A stretch of DNA of 64,000 bases from Microbotryum violaceum. Its lineage: Eukaryota. The stretch covers positions 310,001 through 374,000 of the forward strand of contig CDLV01000018.1 of NCBI GenBank assembly GCA_001244265.2, in the 5' to 3' direction. The translations under genes were made by a program, and so were the position numbers. The notes below the pieces were generated by a model, which was given only the letters and a program-made list of their open reading frames with translations, was not told the origin of the DNA and searched no databases. Shown here piece after piece: positions 25,992 through 38,017 of this stretch (position 1 is the stretch's first letter; each line of letters begins with the position of its first letter).

Positions 25992-27188
25992 ATGTCGGCC
26001 TACGTCGAGTCATCGCACCCGACCCAAGCCGCTTCCACAGCGGGGACCACGACGTCGTCGACCAAGCGTCGTCGCGTCGAAGGTGACTACGGCTACATCG
26101 CGCCTTCCACCTCGCGCACGGCCGCGAAAGCCGCCGCCGCACAACATGCGGCGCAGGCCTCCACCTCCACCTCGACTTTGACCTCGTCGTCCCGGGCTCA
26201 TGCCCATGCGAATGCTGCTTCGTCTCAGTCTCAGAATACGATCGCCTCGGGCATTCAGTTTTTGAACCCGACGCCGCGTGAACAGGATATGATGGCCGCT
26301 GCCAAGGCGCGATTCGCAGCGCCAACGGTCAGTCTCGGTCTCGGGATGGAGGCCTAGGTCGATGCATGCATGTGTTCCGATACTGAACTACCGCATGCTC
26401 TTGCCTGTTTCAGCTCTCCCTGGCAACTCTGCCTCCACCAGCTCTGCAACGCTACCTCAGTCGATGTAAGTAGGCGCCAGTACGCGGGGGTCTCGCCCAG
26501 CCAGCCTCGCGTGTCAAAAAAAGTGCTGACCCCTCTCCTGCCCGAACGTCATTCATCAGACGGCCTGCTCGAATCCCACGGCTCACTCTCATACCACCAT
26601 GCCGTATTCCCTGTACCTCCTCTGCCCGTGGTCCTCCCTTCTCCTCTCACGGGTCGACAACTGAGCTCGCGGCGCCTGTACCGACCCGTAACGACCACGA
26701 CCGCGACCACGACCACGACCGGTGGGGCGAACCCGAACGCGAACGCGACGGCGATGGCGATGACCGAAGATCAGGACGGCACGACTTTGAACCCGGCTAA
26801 ACGACCAAAGTGGCAGGAACCCAAGATGGCCGAGTTCAAGGGCTTGTCCGCTTACGATGATCCGGTCGTGGTCACCAATCGATTGGCGGCCAAGGCCAAG
26901 GAGCATTGGGATAAGAGGGAGAGCGTCAAGGAAGGGTTCGTCTTCAACCGGGTACACCAACTCGGTCATTGTCTCGCTGACATTGGCGACTCGCGTGTTT
27001 ACTTTGCAGCGAGACTCTGACCAATTTCATGTTTGCGCTCCGAATGCGAGGTGAGAATCGGCTCCGTGTATGCACTTGAGCGGTGGACGTGGATAAGGCT
27101 GGGCAGGAAGGTAAGAAAAAGCATGTCACTGAGCTTGGATTTCAATCTCCCGACAGCTCATACCCTTCGTGCGACCCCACCGGGTTAA
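25992..27188 (+). CDS. SAP30-like Sin3-binding domain protein
   Basis: Spliced C-terminus RLAAKAKEHWDKRESVKEG-ETLTNFMFALRMR-AHTLRATPPG* resembles the SAP30 Sin3-binding helix pattern. Confidence 0.65.
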
Positions 27189-28749
27189 TCAATCCTACGC
27201 GAAACCGACGGGAACGGTATCGACACACCGCGTCACAGGACCGCTACAGTCTCCAATACCCGGATACTCGCGCTGCAATGACCAGAGCCGCATGTTGTAA
27301 AACCTCTGCTTACCTCCCCAAACCTCGTCGTTTGGGACTTTCGAAGAGCGCACAGACCAGAGAAGGTAGTGGACGTAGAAAGGATCAAAAGCCATGCACA
27401 CGGGCACTTGAGATCTCGATTGGAAACCAAGCCCAGACCGAGCTTGTCCTATTCCCTCTCCTCCCCCGTTCCTCCTCCAGCTTTCCTTTCCTTTCCTCCC
27501 TCTCTCTCCTCTTGTCCCTCGGCTTCGAAACACGAGGGCTTCTTCTGATTCGATCTTTCCCATAAGACGCCTCGGCGATACGACCTTACGCACGATTCGT
27601 TGGACGCCAACCGTCATCAATTTTTCGTGACAGACGGTTGGTAAGAAGTTGAGACGTGAGATGTGGTGTGTGGGGTTGGGTAAGATGGTGGGATTTGTGT
27701 GATACGGAATGTGAGTGAACGAGTGCACACAAGACGAGACGGGTCACAGACGCACGGGATCGAGGACCTGTCAGCACGATCACGAACACGCTCGCTAGCT
27801 GGCAGCTCACACTTGGACGATGGGAGGGATCGAACGAGAGCCTTTACCAAACCTAAGGCCACCGTCTTTCCGTTTGCGTCTCCGTTTTACGTCCTCCAGA
27901 AAAGGGCGGCGATGTCTGCAAGATGACGTGGTGCGAGAAGTGCAGGAGCGCGTTGACCAGAACGAAGAGGAAAGAGAAAGAGAGAGCTAGGCGAAGTCGC
28001 TGACTTGCATTCAGGGCGCGACGGGGGTATGTGCCTGGTAGAATGAGACGTCTCCTCGATATGACGCCAAGCTGTGACGTCAAAGTTCCCGTTCACCATT
28101 CACAGTGATGCCGAGCGCGGCCGAGCACGCCGCTGACCCTGAAGCTAATTCGCGGACAGGGGTGCATCCCACGTCGAGGTCAACGATCCACCCCTCGGGA
28201 AAGACCGACTACCTCGTCGATCAAACTCGTTCAAGTCTCAGCGAGCAGTGTTAGCCCTGAGGCTCACCCCCGAGCTGAGATCGCCACGATTGATACAGTC
28301 TCTGTTGCTCTAGCAGCATTGCTCGAGCTGGGGCAACCTCGCTTCCACTTCGATTGACTGCGAATCCGAACTCCGATGCGAGGCTGGGTTGCCGAGCCGA
28401 CTTCACTTGAGAGCTCCGACGCGGCGAGTCGAGGCGATAAACATGAAGAGTAATTTCTGGGTACTCCAGGAAATGGGACCAATATGTAATAGGCTAACGG
28501 TAGCTGATGCACTTGTGGATGGCGTTATTTGCGCGCACGGACCCTTTATCTTCTGTCTGCATTCTGTAGCATTAACAGGCACGTTAACATGTTACCTAGT
28601 CTCGACAGCTATGACTGAAAACTGCCTCGCAGTAAGGGATCGACCGCAGTGGCAGGTCACCCGAACTCAGATCTGCAAAGCCTGCTCTCGTCTGGAGCGC
28701 CGAAAAAACAAAGTATCTAAGCAGAATGCTCATTACAACTTTCCACCAT

Positions 28750-31381
28750 CTATGAAGCATCACAAATCTCTCCCCATCTCTTATCAAACACTCCCAAATC
28801 CACTCCCTTCAACCCCTTCCTCGCCCTCTGCACAATAACCGTACTCTTGCCCGCCTCACCACACCTCAACAACATCGAAGCGTAGAACAGCCACTCTTCC
28901 GCCCCCGACTTGGGATGCTGTACGAGGTGTTCGAGGATCTTGATTTGCAGTGACAAAGGTTTGGGAAGGACGGCCGTGGTGGTTTCGAGAATGACGTGTA
29001 GGGTTTCGATGGAGAGGGTTGTGGTTGTGCGAAGGAGGTTCTCGACGCGCGTGGTGAAGGTCTGGGGTTCGAGTTCGGCGAGAAGGATCATGTAGCGTCT
29101 TGGGACCAGCTCGCGAGGTTCGAGGATGGGGATCTCCTCCCCTTCTTCCCCTTCTTCCTCTTCGTCGTTCTTATCAATGCGGCCATTCTGCGCATCCGTG
29201 AACGTCGACTTGAAATCGACAGGAGGTACCGCATCGGCCAACGCCACCCTCGCGATCACTTTTTCGTACCTATCTAGCTTATCCTCAATGGACAAACCCG
29301 ACTCATCGATGCGATCGACACGCATCCACCAAAGTTGGCCACTGTAAGGAAGAGCCTTGATCGCTTGTTCGAGAACGAGTTCGACTTCTTCAGCTGAAGG
29401 CGGGTGTCCACTTTTAGCGAGCGAAAGGGTCGTCTTGACTCGGGCGACCCAGACTTGTTCACGGGTAGGCGCGGCGGTCTTTTCGGTTCCGTAGCGTTTG
29501 GTCAAGCCTGAGACGAACGACAAGAGCTCGGCGCGAGGACTCTCCGTGCGTAGTAGGTGTCGGAGATGGAGTAGGGAGAGGAACGGTGAGGACGGAGCCA
29601 GCGAAAGCGCGGTGGTGAGGTTGGTTTGGAGGTACGTGTGCTGTGAACGGGTAGTCGCAGTCAAACAACGTCAGGATCTGGTATCCATACATCTCGGTGA
29701 CTGCACGGGAACTCACCAGATTATCCTCTTCGACTTGCTCAAGCATTGTTTCAAGCCAAGAGCAAAACGCCTCCCAAACGGCTAGGGGTGCCGTCTCCTT
29801 ATTCTTGCCCTTCTTGCCCTTGCACGCCTTCCAGTACTGATCCACACCCGCCGCAACAGCATCAACGAGTTTCTCCCCCTTGACCTGAATGGTCGTCGTA
29901 TCAGGGAACGGTCCGCCTTTCTTTGCTCGTTTGGGGTTGTACGCCACGTCGTAGAGGTGTCGAGTCGTAAGAATGTGGAGCGCTCGAGCGTAGTCGGGAG
30001 AGGAAGGGGTGAATTGCGTGGTCATGGAGGCGTACGTATGCTTGAGGAGCGACAGACGCAAAGGTGAAGGCAACGGTCGCAAGACGGAAAGTAGTCGCTC
30101 GTAAACATCGAGAGAATGCCTGAAGGCTGTGACAACCGAGACATGAGCAGGAGTCAGGCTTTTCCAAGAAAAGACTTGAAAGTTGAGATACGCACAGGTC
30201 AGGTAGTTGTTGAGCACGACCCGGACGATCGCTCCTTCGATGATGGCTTCCTGACCGGAAGCAGCCTCCTTCTGCACCGTTTCCTTGAGCTCCGCATCCT
30301 CCTGATCTTCACCATCCTCCCCGGCCGGCAGTTCAATCTCTTCAGCCGCCTCCTCCTCTTTCAGCTCCTGCCCATCCTCATCCACCTCCTCACCGTCCGG
30401 AGTCTGCCCTTCAGCGACCTTTCTCCTCTTACTACTCCTCCCCCCGACGACGACCATTTGTTCCTCGCCATTCCTTCCTTCCTTCCCAATCCCCAACAAA
30501 GCCCACCTTGCCCTCAAGCGTTCAGCAAAAGCGCATTCGACCCTTATCCATTCGTTCCACACCAAATGCTCCGACTGCCCACTCCCTTTAAGAAACCTCA
30601 ATGCGCGCATGCATAATCGACGAGCAGCTTCGTCGTTCCCTCCTCCTTGACCCCTCTCGTCTCCTTCGGATTCCCAACGAGAGGCCATGAGCCAATAAGG
30701 AGCGTGGGTGGGGTGCATCGCGATCGCGGTCGAGAGCGTTCGAGAGACGAGATGAGGCGAGGCTTGTTCCAAGGCGTGTCCGAGGAACGCATCCCAGAGT
30801 TGTAACGAGGAAGGGAAACGACGGGTCGAAAGGCGGTGCAAGTGCGTGACGTGGGCCGCGATCGAGTGGTCCGACAAGGTCTTTTTCGTCGTCGTTTCTG
30901 GTGAGGTTCGTCGAGGATGAAGGTCAGTTTGAGAAAGCCGCCCTTGTGTGCTGAGATATGACCTCGAACGAGTTCAGGACCATGTCCGAATGAACTGACT
31001 CGTTCTGGAAGCGCGCTTCTTTCTCAACTTCTCCAGCTTGGTCTCGTAGTCGATGTATCGAAGGTAATCGATCGGCTTGACGGCTCGACTAGCGAGCGCG
31101 GTCTCGAATCGACGGCGCTGCGAAACGATCTCTGTGATCTCATCCTGTGAAGCGAGACACGATGATGAGTAAACGCTTTGTATATAGCTCGTTTGTGACG
31201 TGGATGAAGGTGACCTACCTTGGAGAAGATCTCCTTGCGCTCCAAATCACGGAGCTCAGGCAAGAAGCGCTCGAGCGAAAGTTGGACCTATGCGAGAAAG
31301 TAGCCGCAATGCGTCAGAGAACATGCGGCATGGAAGACGCAAAGTACCCGGATACCGCAACGGGCGACTCGCCTTCTCCAT
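28750..31381 (-). CDS. UTP6: U3 snoRNA-associated protein 6 (HAT repeats)
   Basis: MEK-VQLSLERFLPELRDLERKEIFSK-DEITEIVSQRRRFE...DYLRYIDYETKLEKLRKKR; SDHSI...RRFPSSLQLW; first intron is GC-AG (31372-31288). Confidence 0.88.
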
Positions 31382-32122
31382 GATGCTCAATCACGCGGCC
31401 CGGTGTGGAAGCTAAGTGGAGTCGATGGTCGACGACTGGACGACGGGCGCGCGAGCTCAGCGCTCAGCTTCGACTGCGAAGTTCGTGGCTGCAGCCAGGT
31501 CTAGCCTAAGCTCTCCCTTTTGGAGGGGCTTGTGAGTTATCGGCTCGCTTGGCCCAGTTGCCCTGCGAAATTTTGGCCCTGAAAAGCGCCCCCTTGCTGT
31601 AGCATGGCATATATCGGTGCTATCTGAAAACTGGAGGGATAAGTGTTTCCTTCATCATTATTGATGAGGCCTCACCAAAGCTTGAAGTTCAGGAACGCTT
31701 GATCATCTTGCTACAGCAGCTTGAATCAACTGATTCCGAACGAGACGCAGGTCGGCGCACGGACCAGTCGTAGCACGGTCCGCGTCGAAGGTTGCATAGA
31801 TCCAGGTCACTTAAGCCCGGCCGCGCCTCACGCATCCTCTCTCTCCTCCACTCAACATCGCACCTCCCCTCGTGATGAGCCATGTCGGTACAAACACCGA
31901 GGCCGGTTAGGGGACCGCCCCGTCGACATCCATCAATTGAGTTCAGGGCGTCTCCCTTGCGATCGCGATCAGCTTCAAGGGCCAGTCCTACGACCCCAGC
32001 ACCGAATCATTCAACCAAACCGACAACCATTCTCGGTCACTGGAGACCACGTTTGACTCACGAGGACCGACGAGAATCCAGCGAATGACGCAAGAAGGTC
32101 AAAGTTATTCTGGGCGAAAGTC

Positions 32123-32630
32123 TTGACGACTCGGAGGACGTACCCCCGGCCCGTGCAGATCGAGGCCATTACTGTACACTTCAAACTCGACCAATATGGG
32201 AACCGGGATCGATATGACGCTGTGTTCGTCACAGCGCCAACAGGTTCAGGCAAAAGTGTTATTTTCGAAGCAATGTATCTCATTTATGGACGCCGGGCCG
32301 TCACCATTGTTGTCAGTCCACTGAATGCACTGAGCAATCATCAGGTGAGTTTTTCTGCCGATTGGGCTTGCTGGACCGACATCCGTGCCAATTTCCGTCG
32401 TCACCTGCTTCTTTCAGGCTGCCAATCCCAATCGAAAGGGAAAGAAAGCGGTTGTGGTATCTGAGGAGACCTGGAAGACGGCGAGCTGTACAGGCAGTTG
32501 GACGACCCCAATCACACGATCTCCTTCATTCTGATCGTATGTGCCGGTTGACCTCCTGTTCGAGTGAAGTACACATGTGTTGATTTGCTTCCTGTTTGCT
32601 GTGTGTCAAGTCTCCTGAAATGCATATTAA
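32123..32630 (+). pseudogene. RecQ-like SF2 helicase N-terminal fragment
   Basis: PRPVQIEAI...VFVTAPTGSGKS (motif I), TIVVSPLNALSNHQ (Ia), later SPEM (Ib-like) near 32611; truncated afterwards. Confidence 0.75.
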
Positions 32631-32835
32631 TGGGCAAAGTTGATCTTTAAGGAGTCCTTTCGAGAGCGCGTCAAGTTGCCCGTCTATGACGAGGACAGGG
32701 GGTGGTGTGCATCGAGGACCGCGAAGACTGAGGCCAAGATGAGGAACCAGTCGAGCAAGCGCTCTATATATCTGAGATTTGAGCCCGGTTATACATGACG
32801 AGTCGGATCGGGGAGTTGGGAGGAGATGTTGGAGA

Positions 32836-33890
32836 TTACTCGCGGTAAAGATGCTTGATGTGCAGAGTAGGCTCGAAGGTTGTAAGCGCTGGCAATATCT
32901 CCGTTCTGAATGTGGGCGTAACCAAAAGTTCCATGAAGCAGCTCGGTTCGTCGATCCAACTGCTGATCGTTGACGTGACGTCAACGCCGTCAACGGTAAC
33001 ATGGAAGTACTCGTTCGAGCCACTCTCCTTCAATTTGCCTTCGTCAAGCTCGCAGCTGCCTGGAGCGTCGCCAAGCGAGATGTCATCAAGCCGCAATCGT
33101 ACAGAAATGTTGTCAATCGGTCGTTCGTTCCACATGCGAGAGTCATGAGACCGGTGCGATGCTGCATGGCGTTGTTTCTTCGGTTGCAAGCGAATGCGAT
33201 CTGACCCATGACACTGCGGTAAAGCTGCGGCCAGCGTGTTGATTTTGGTGTCAGTTCGCTGCGATACCCAGCCGAGCTAGGATCAGAAATACTCACGCTT
33301 CATCTTTTTAATGATGATTGAGTCGGTCTGCAAGCGAATAAGGCAAGTTTTTAGTAGCTTTATTGAATCCGGATAATCAATCCAAGAAGTACGAAGTGTT
33401 GCCCACCTGCTCGGCGATCCAGTCATTGATTCGGCTTCTTGACTCTGCGCCATCCTCGCGTGCAAGTCGTAGAATGAGATCAAGTACACGCTTAAGGCTG
33501 GACCAGTTGCTGTTGAACAGCTTTTTTCGGGGTGTTTGAACGCCTTCAGATCGTGTGGATGGGCTGAAGTACCACGACAGGCATTGACATAGCGAGAGAT
33601 CGCGGCTACATAATTCAGCGAATACGGATCCGCCTCGCGGCGGTTGTTCTGGCGAGTTGATGAGGTACGGCGTCTGCTTATTCGGGGCATTTTTGGTTTT
33701 AGATATTGTCGCGATTAATGTGGCCGACGGATCATCGTGAAAACAGGAGAACAGCGAAGCGTACGCAAAGGGATCAAGCCGAACAGAGCAGGCTGGCCGA
33801 TGATGAGAGCGCCAATTACACGATGCGCTCGGACCATCTGAGGCCCGATCGACCGAAATCGCACTTCGGATCGTTGTAGCTCCACCCACA
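32836..33890 (-). pseudogene. DUF6589/Academ-type transposase fragment
   Basis: IAFACNRRNNAMQHRTGLMTLACGTNDRLTTFLYDCGLMTS then, after a frame break, YFHVTVDGVDV (putative first catalytic Asp). Family recalled from the fungal DUF6589 pattern. Confidence 0.55.
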
Positions 33891-34152
33891 GCTTATGAAA
33901 GGTCTCGCCACTTGGGGTATGTCATTTTTAGAGCACAAAGAAAAATAACGTCCCTCACTTTTACATGAATGCGCCTACTTGCCAAGTTACCGAAAACCAC
34001 CCCAAAATGGCCCTGAAATTATTTCGGAGGGCAACTGGGCCAAGCGCGCCGATAACTCATAAGCCCCTCCGAGAGAGAGGGCTTAGTTGAGCTTAATTTT
34101 TGTCCTTTTCTCGCATTTTTAACATCGACTCACGCGCAACTTGCAATCCGAG

Positions 34153-34295
34153 TCCGCCTCGCGCCCGCCTCGCGCCTCGCGCCGGACTGAGCTACTGAGC
34201 GCCGACTCGCGCCCGCCTCGCGCCCGCCTCGCGCCCGCCTCGCGCCCGCCTCGCGCCGGCCTCGCGCCCGACTTAGCGCCGACTCCGCCCGACTG
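34153..34295 (+). repeat. GC-rich 11-bp minisatellite (CCCGCCTCGCG)n
   Basis: Several perfect and degenerate copies directly outside the right TIR. Confidence 0.85.
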
Positions 34296-36134
34296 ACCGT
34301 TCCTTGATTAGAGGCCTTCTCAACGTCAACCTTCCAATTTCGGATCCGCGCCCAAGATGGCCTTACGCCCGGGTACTAATAGAAACTCTACCGACGGTGA
34401 CGCTCTTTTAAGTTTTCAGTCATTAATCCCAGCTAGTCTTGTTCAAAGAGTCAAAGACAGCTTGGAACATTCCCTCCTCATAAGAGACTCCTTCTGTGGC
34501 AGGCACACGTAACACCGCGCTCGCTTGGGTAAGGTTCAATCGATTCAATCGGCCCAACCTCTAAATGTCTCACAATGCGGCAGCACCAAATTGCCTGATG
34601 CACTGTAAGACTAGCCAAACCCTACTACGCCCCGATGATGTGTGGGAGGCGCGGTGTACTTGTTGTTGCCAAGAGCTTTGCGTTGTACTTTGCGTAGCTA
34701 CACGTGTCAGCAGGCATGGCGCACCGTAACCCCTTACAGTACCCTTTGAGCGGCCAGAATCAAGGTGGGATTTTTCCTGCTTCCTTCTAAAAAACCTGGC
34801 TTGGAGACGCAGGGGATTTTTTTTTTTTTTTTTTGATACTACGGAGCCGCAAATCACATGATCAGAATGTCCACTGCAATTGTTGTCTGGCCCAACGACT
34901 TCGGGAGGCTGGGACATAAACACCTTTACGGCGATCAACGAAGGCTCTTAAAGCCGAAGGAGCTGGCTCGAGCTCCCATCAATATTCTGAAGGGGCGATC
35001 GGTTGCGCGCCGAACGCGGGGAGCCCTGAGGGGATTGGCACGTGCAGCCCGGTGGGAGACGGCCCTGTGTAAATCTCTAGATTATGCCAGTGGATGCCTT
35101 GCCTTCGTAAGCAACGGCACATCACTACGTCCGGTTGAGATAAACGCAACAAAAAGTCACAAGCTCGAAGGCCGGCCGGCGTCCAAAATTCATCTTTGCA
35201 AGTTCGGCTACGAAAAAAAGAAGAGTCCGGAAAAGCCGAGGTGGACAGTGCCAATGTCCGGGTTACTAGATGGAACCGCAGAGAAGGAGATGGGAAAGAG
35301 ACGAGCATTTGACTTCCGCGTGCTTCGAAGAGGATGGCGAGCTAGGAGAGGATCGCACTTAGCAGCGCTTGCTCATTGAGCCGGCCCGGACTCGGACTTT
35401 GACAGACTGCCTCAGCCTCCTCTTGCCCGTGAATGTCTCTCGTCTCATACTCGACCTACTACCAAGGTATCGCCTCGCCGGCGTTGAGCTCCCATTGTCC
35501 GCTCACTCACCAACTTCGAAACACTTGGTCCAACCCCAAGGACTCCAAAACGCAATCATCGTCCTCGGCACCTCCACTCCGATAGCGTCAACTTGGTCAA
35601 ATCCTCCGACTAATGCCCATCTCGGCCGGACCGGCGCACTCGGCAAGGAGTGCCTCGGCAAGGAGTGCGCCAAGGAGTGCGCCACTCGACGCCGCAATCG
35701 GCGGCCCGTGCACGAGGAGGTGAGACCGAATTGGCACGGGGTCTGGGCTCACTGCCCAAGCTTATTATATCCAGAAGTGCTGAACTGGGTCTTGTCCCTG
35801 TATTCCGTCGACCTGCGACTTCGTCATTCCTCCTCCTTCGCTCGATAGACTGTCCCTACGCTCAGCCTCTGCCATTGCCCAGCGGCGCGAGTCAAACTCG
35901 CAGCCATGCCAAGAGATTGACGACCTATCAAGCTCTACCAGTCAATTGAGTGCTAGGAGTATCTACGGCGCTGAACTACCAGAGTCCTCGAGACTGTGGT
36001 CAAACACTCCGATACGTCGCAGCCCGTGCCCCCCTAATCGAGTCAAGTCGAGCGAACTGCCCTCGCCGCCGGCTCCTCAGCAGTGGCGAGCTAGCAATCG
36101 CCGATCCCCGAACAAGGCCGCGCGCGCCCACGAC

Positions 36135-38017
36135 ATGGCACAAAGCTCAGAGCCGTACAGCTTTCCAACACCAACACTTCCCCTTCAACAACTTGCTCCA
36201 ACACAAATCACCGCGGGTGGTGTCTCTCTCATCGCCACCCCTGCGGCGGCGCCACATACGCCTACGGCGCTCGATCATCCTCTCCTATCGTCGCCAACCG
36301 CCACTCTCTCTGGGATCGAACTCGAGGATCTCGATAAGGACGAGCTCATCAAGCTGATCAGGAAACACTTAATGACACAAGCCACTGTTCCCGATGTCGA
36401 CCCGGAGTCGTTGGACCGACTACGACGCCCCAGTGCTCGCTTGTCTCGCGTTAGGAAGACGGCCTCGGGTGCTGGGAACGCGTCGATCCAGCACCCTGTC
36501 GCGAGACTTGTCGCGGGACAGAAAGACTCGACACTTCTGGCACTGACAAAGTCCGAACTGGGGCAAGGCTTTCCTTCCGCCAACTCATTGGTCATCAACG
36601 CCTTATCCCCTGATAACCTCATGGCAGTTGCGCCAAGCATCCCCCAGACCGAACAGGCGCAAGAGCAATCCGCAGCTATGGCTTCCAAGTCGCCAAAAAA
36701 GTCGGCCAAGCGAGATCGCAACCAACCCCCCCGTCCTTCCAACCCTTGGATTTTGTACCGCTCGGCACAAATTCGGCGACTTCGAGCCGACCCGAGGTTT
36801 GTCGAAACCTCACAGGGCGAAATTTGTGAGCCAAGTGCCGGGTCAACTCCCCCATCTGCGTTCATAATAACCTAATGAGAGATCTCTTCTGCCCCCCCTC
36901 CCCCAGCCAAGCTCATTTCCTACATGTGGAAAGACGAGGACCCGCAAGTGCGGGTCAAGTACGAGCAGCTCGCAGCCGAAGCCAAAGCACGCCATGCCGA
37001 CAAGTATCCTGGTGAGTCTCGGTAACTCAATGCAGCTGAATAATAAATTTGAACTCTGCCCTTACCCCGGATCACGTCTGCCCGTCCCTTCCAGGCTATA
37101 CGTATCGACCGGCAATACGTGTCCGCCGCGAATTGGCTGCGGATGGCGGCTCCCCGCCTCCCACCGCCTCGCCATCACGTTCTGGCGTATCTGGGCCATC
37201 GAAAGCACCGCAATACACCAACACCGCGCTCTCTTCACATTCAACCACGATCGGAATCACCTCTCCTCCTGCCTCACCAAAGACTCATAGCTGGGAACAA
37301 CTTACGAACGCAAGCTCGACCTCTGATTGGCTTCAATCGATCCCGAGCACACCTGCCACTCTCGATGCCAGCATCAATGACCTGCTCGCATCAATCAACA
37401 AGCAGCGTACTATCCTTCCTCACGGATACGCCGTTGACCCCATTGTCAACTGCGCCGACTATGGTGACTCGAGCTCACCATCTTCGGGCGCCGACCTTGA
37501 ATCGCCAACGTCGAGTATCTTCACGTTCCGGGACCATCTCGTACCCTTGTCGGCCCCCGCAGCCTTCTCCTTTTTTGACTTTGGTCTTGTTCCATCGGCT
37601 TTGCGCCAAGCTCGACCCATTGCGACGGCTCCGATGTCGCCTGCGTGGCTAGCGTACAAGCCACTCGCTTGTCCGTCAACCAACTCATGCTCTACGGCTA
37701 GCGATAGTTCGATGTCCGGGATCTCACCAAGCATGTGCGAGTATAACGGAGAGGATCAATTCAGCCTTCCCAAACATGACGACCTCTCGAACAAATGGCT
37801 TTATCCCAGTCAGGAAGCTTCTCTGGCTCAGGAAATGGCCCAAGGTCGCACCGTGGCCGACCTTGGGCATTACACGTTTACCTCATCACATTCTGAAGAC
37901 GATATTATGAATTACGTTGACCGTATTCATCAAAACCTTGATGATCAGGAGCAAAACCCTGCAAAGCTTGTCTCTTCCTCATCCGTAAACACTTCCGTCG
38001 GACCGATCTATGTCTGA
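36135..38017 (+). CDS. MATA/SOX-type HMG-box transcription factor
   Basis: PPRPSNPWILYRS...QGEI-SKLISYMWKDEDPQVRVKYEQLAAEAKARHADKYP-GYTYRP across two introns; start codon tentative. Confidence 0.88.

Larger units (their letters stand above)
31506..34086. mobile_element. Degenerate TIR DNA transposon, AcademH-like
   Basis: 66-bp inverted repeats at 31506-31571 and 34021-34086 (7 mismatches by manual alignment), enclosing helicase (+) and transposase-like (-) relics. Confidence 0.8.

Noticed and set aside
28355-28372. ATTCGCAGT on the minus strand, resembling U14 domain A
   Set aside because: No flanking C/D boxes or domain B; short chance match.
31497-34096. Target-site duplication around the TIR element
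   Set aside because: The best flank comparison (GTCTAGCC vs GTTGAGCT) is too weak to call.
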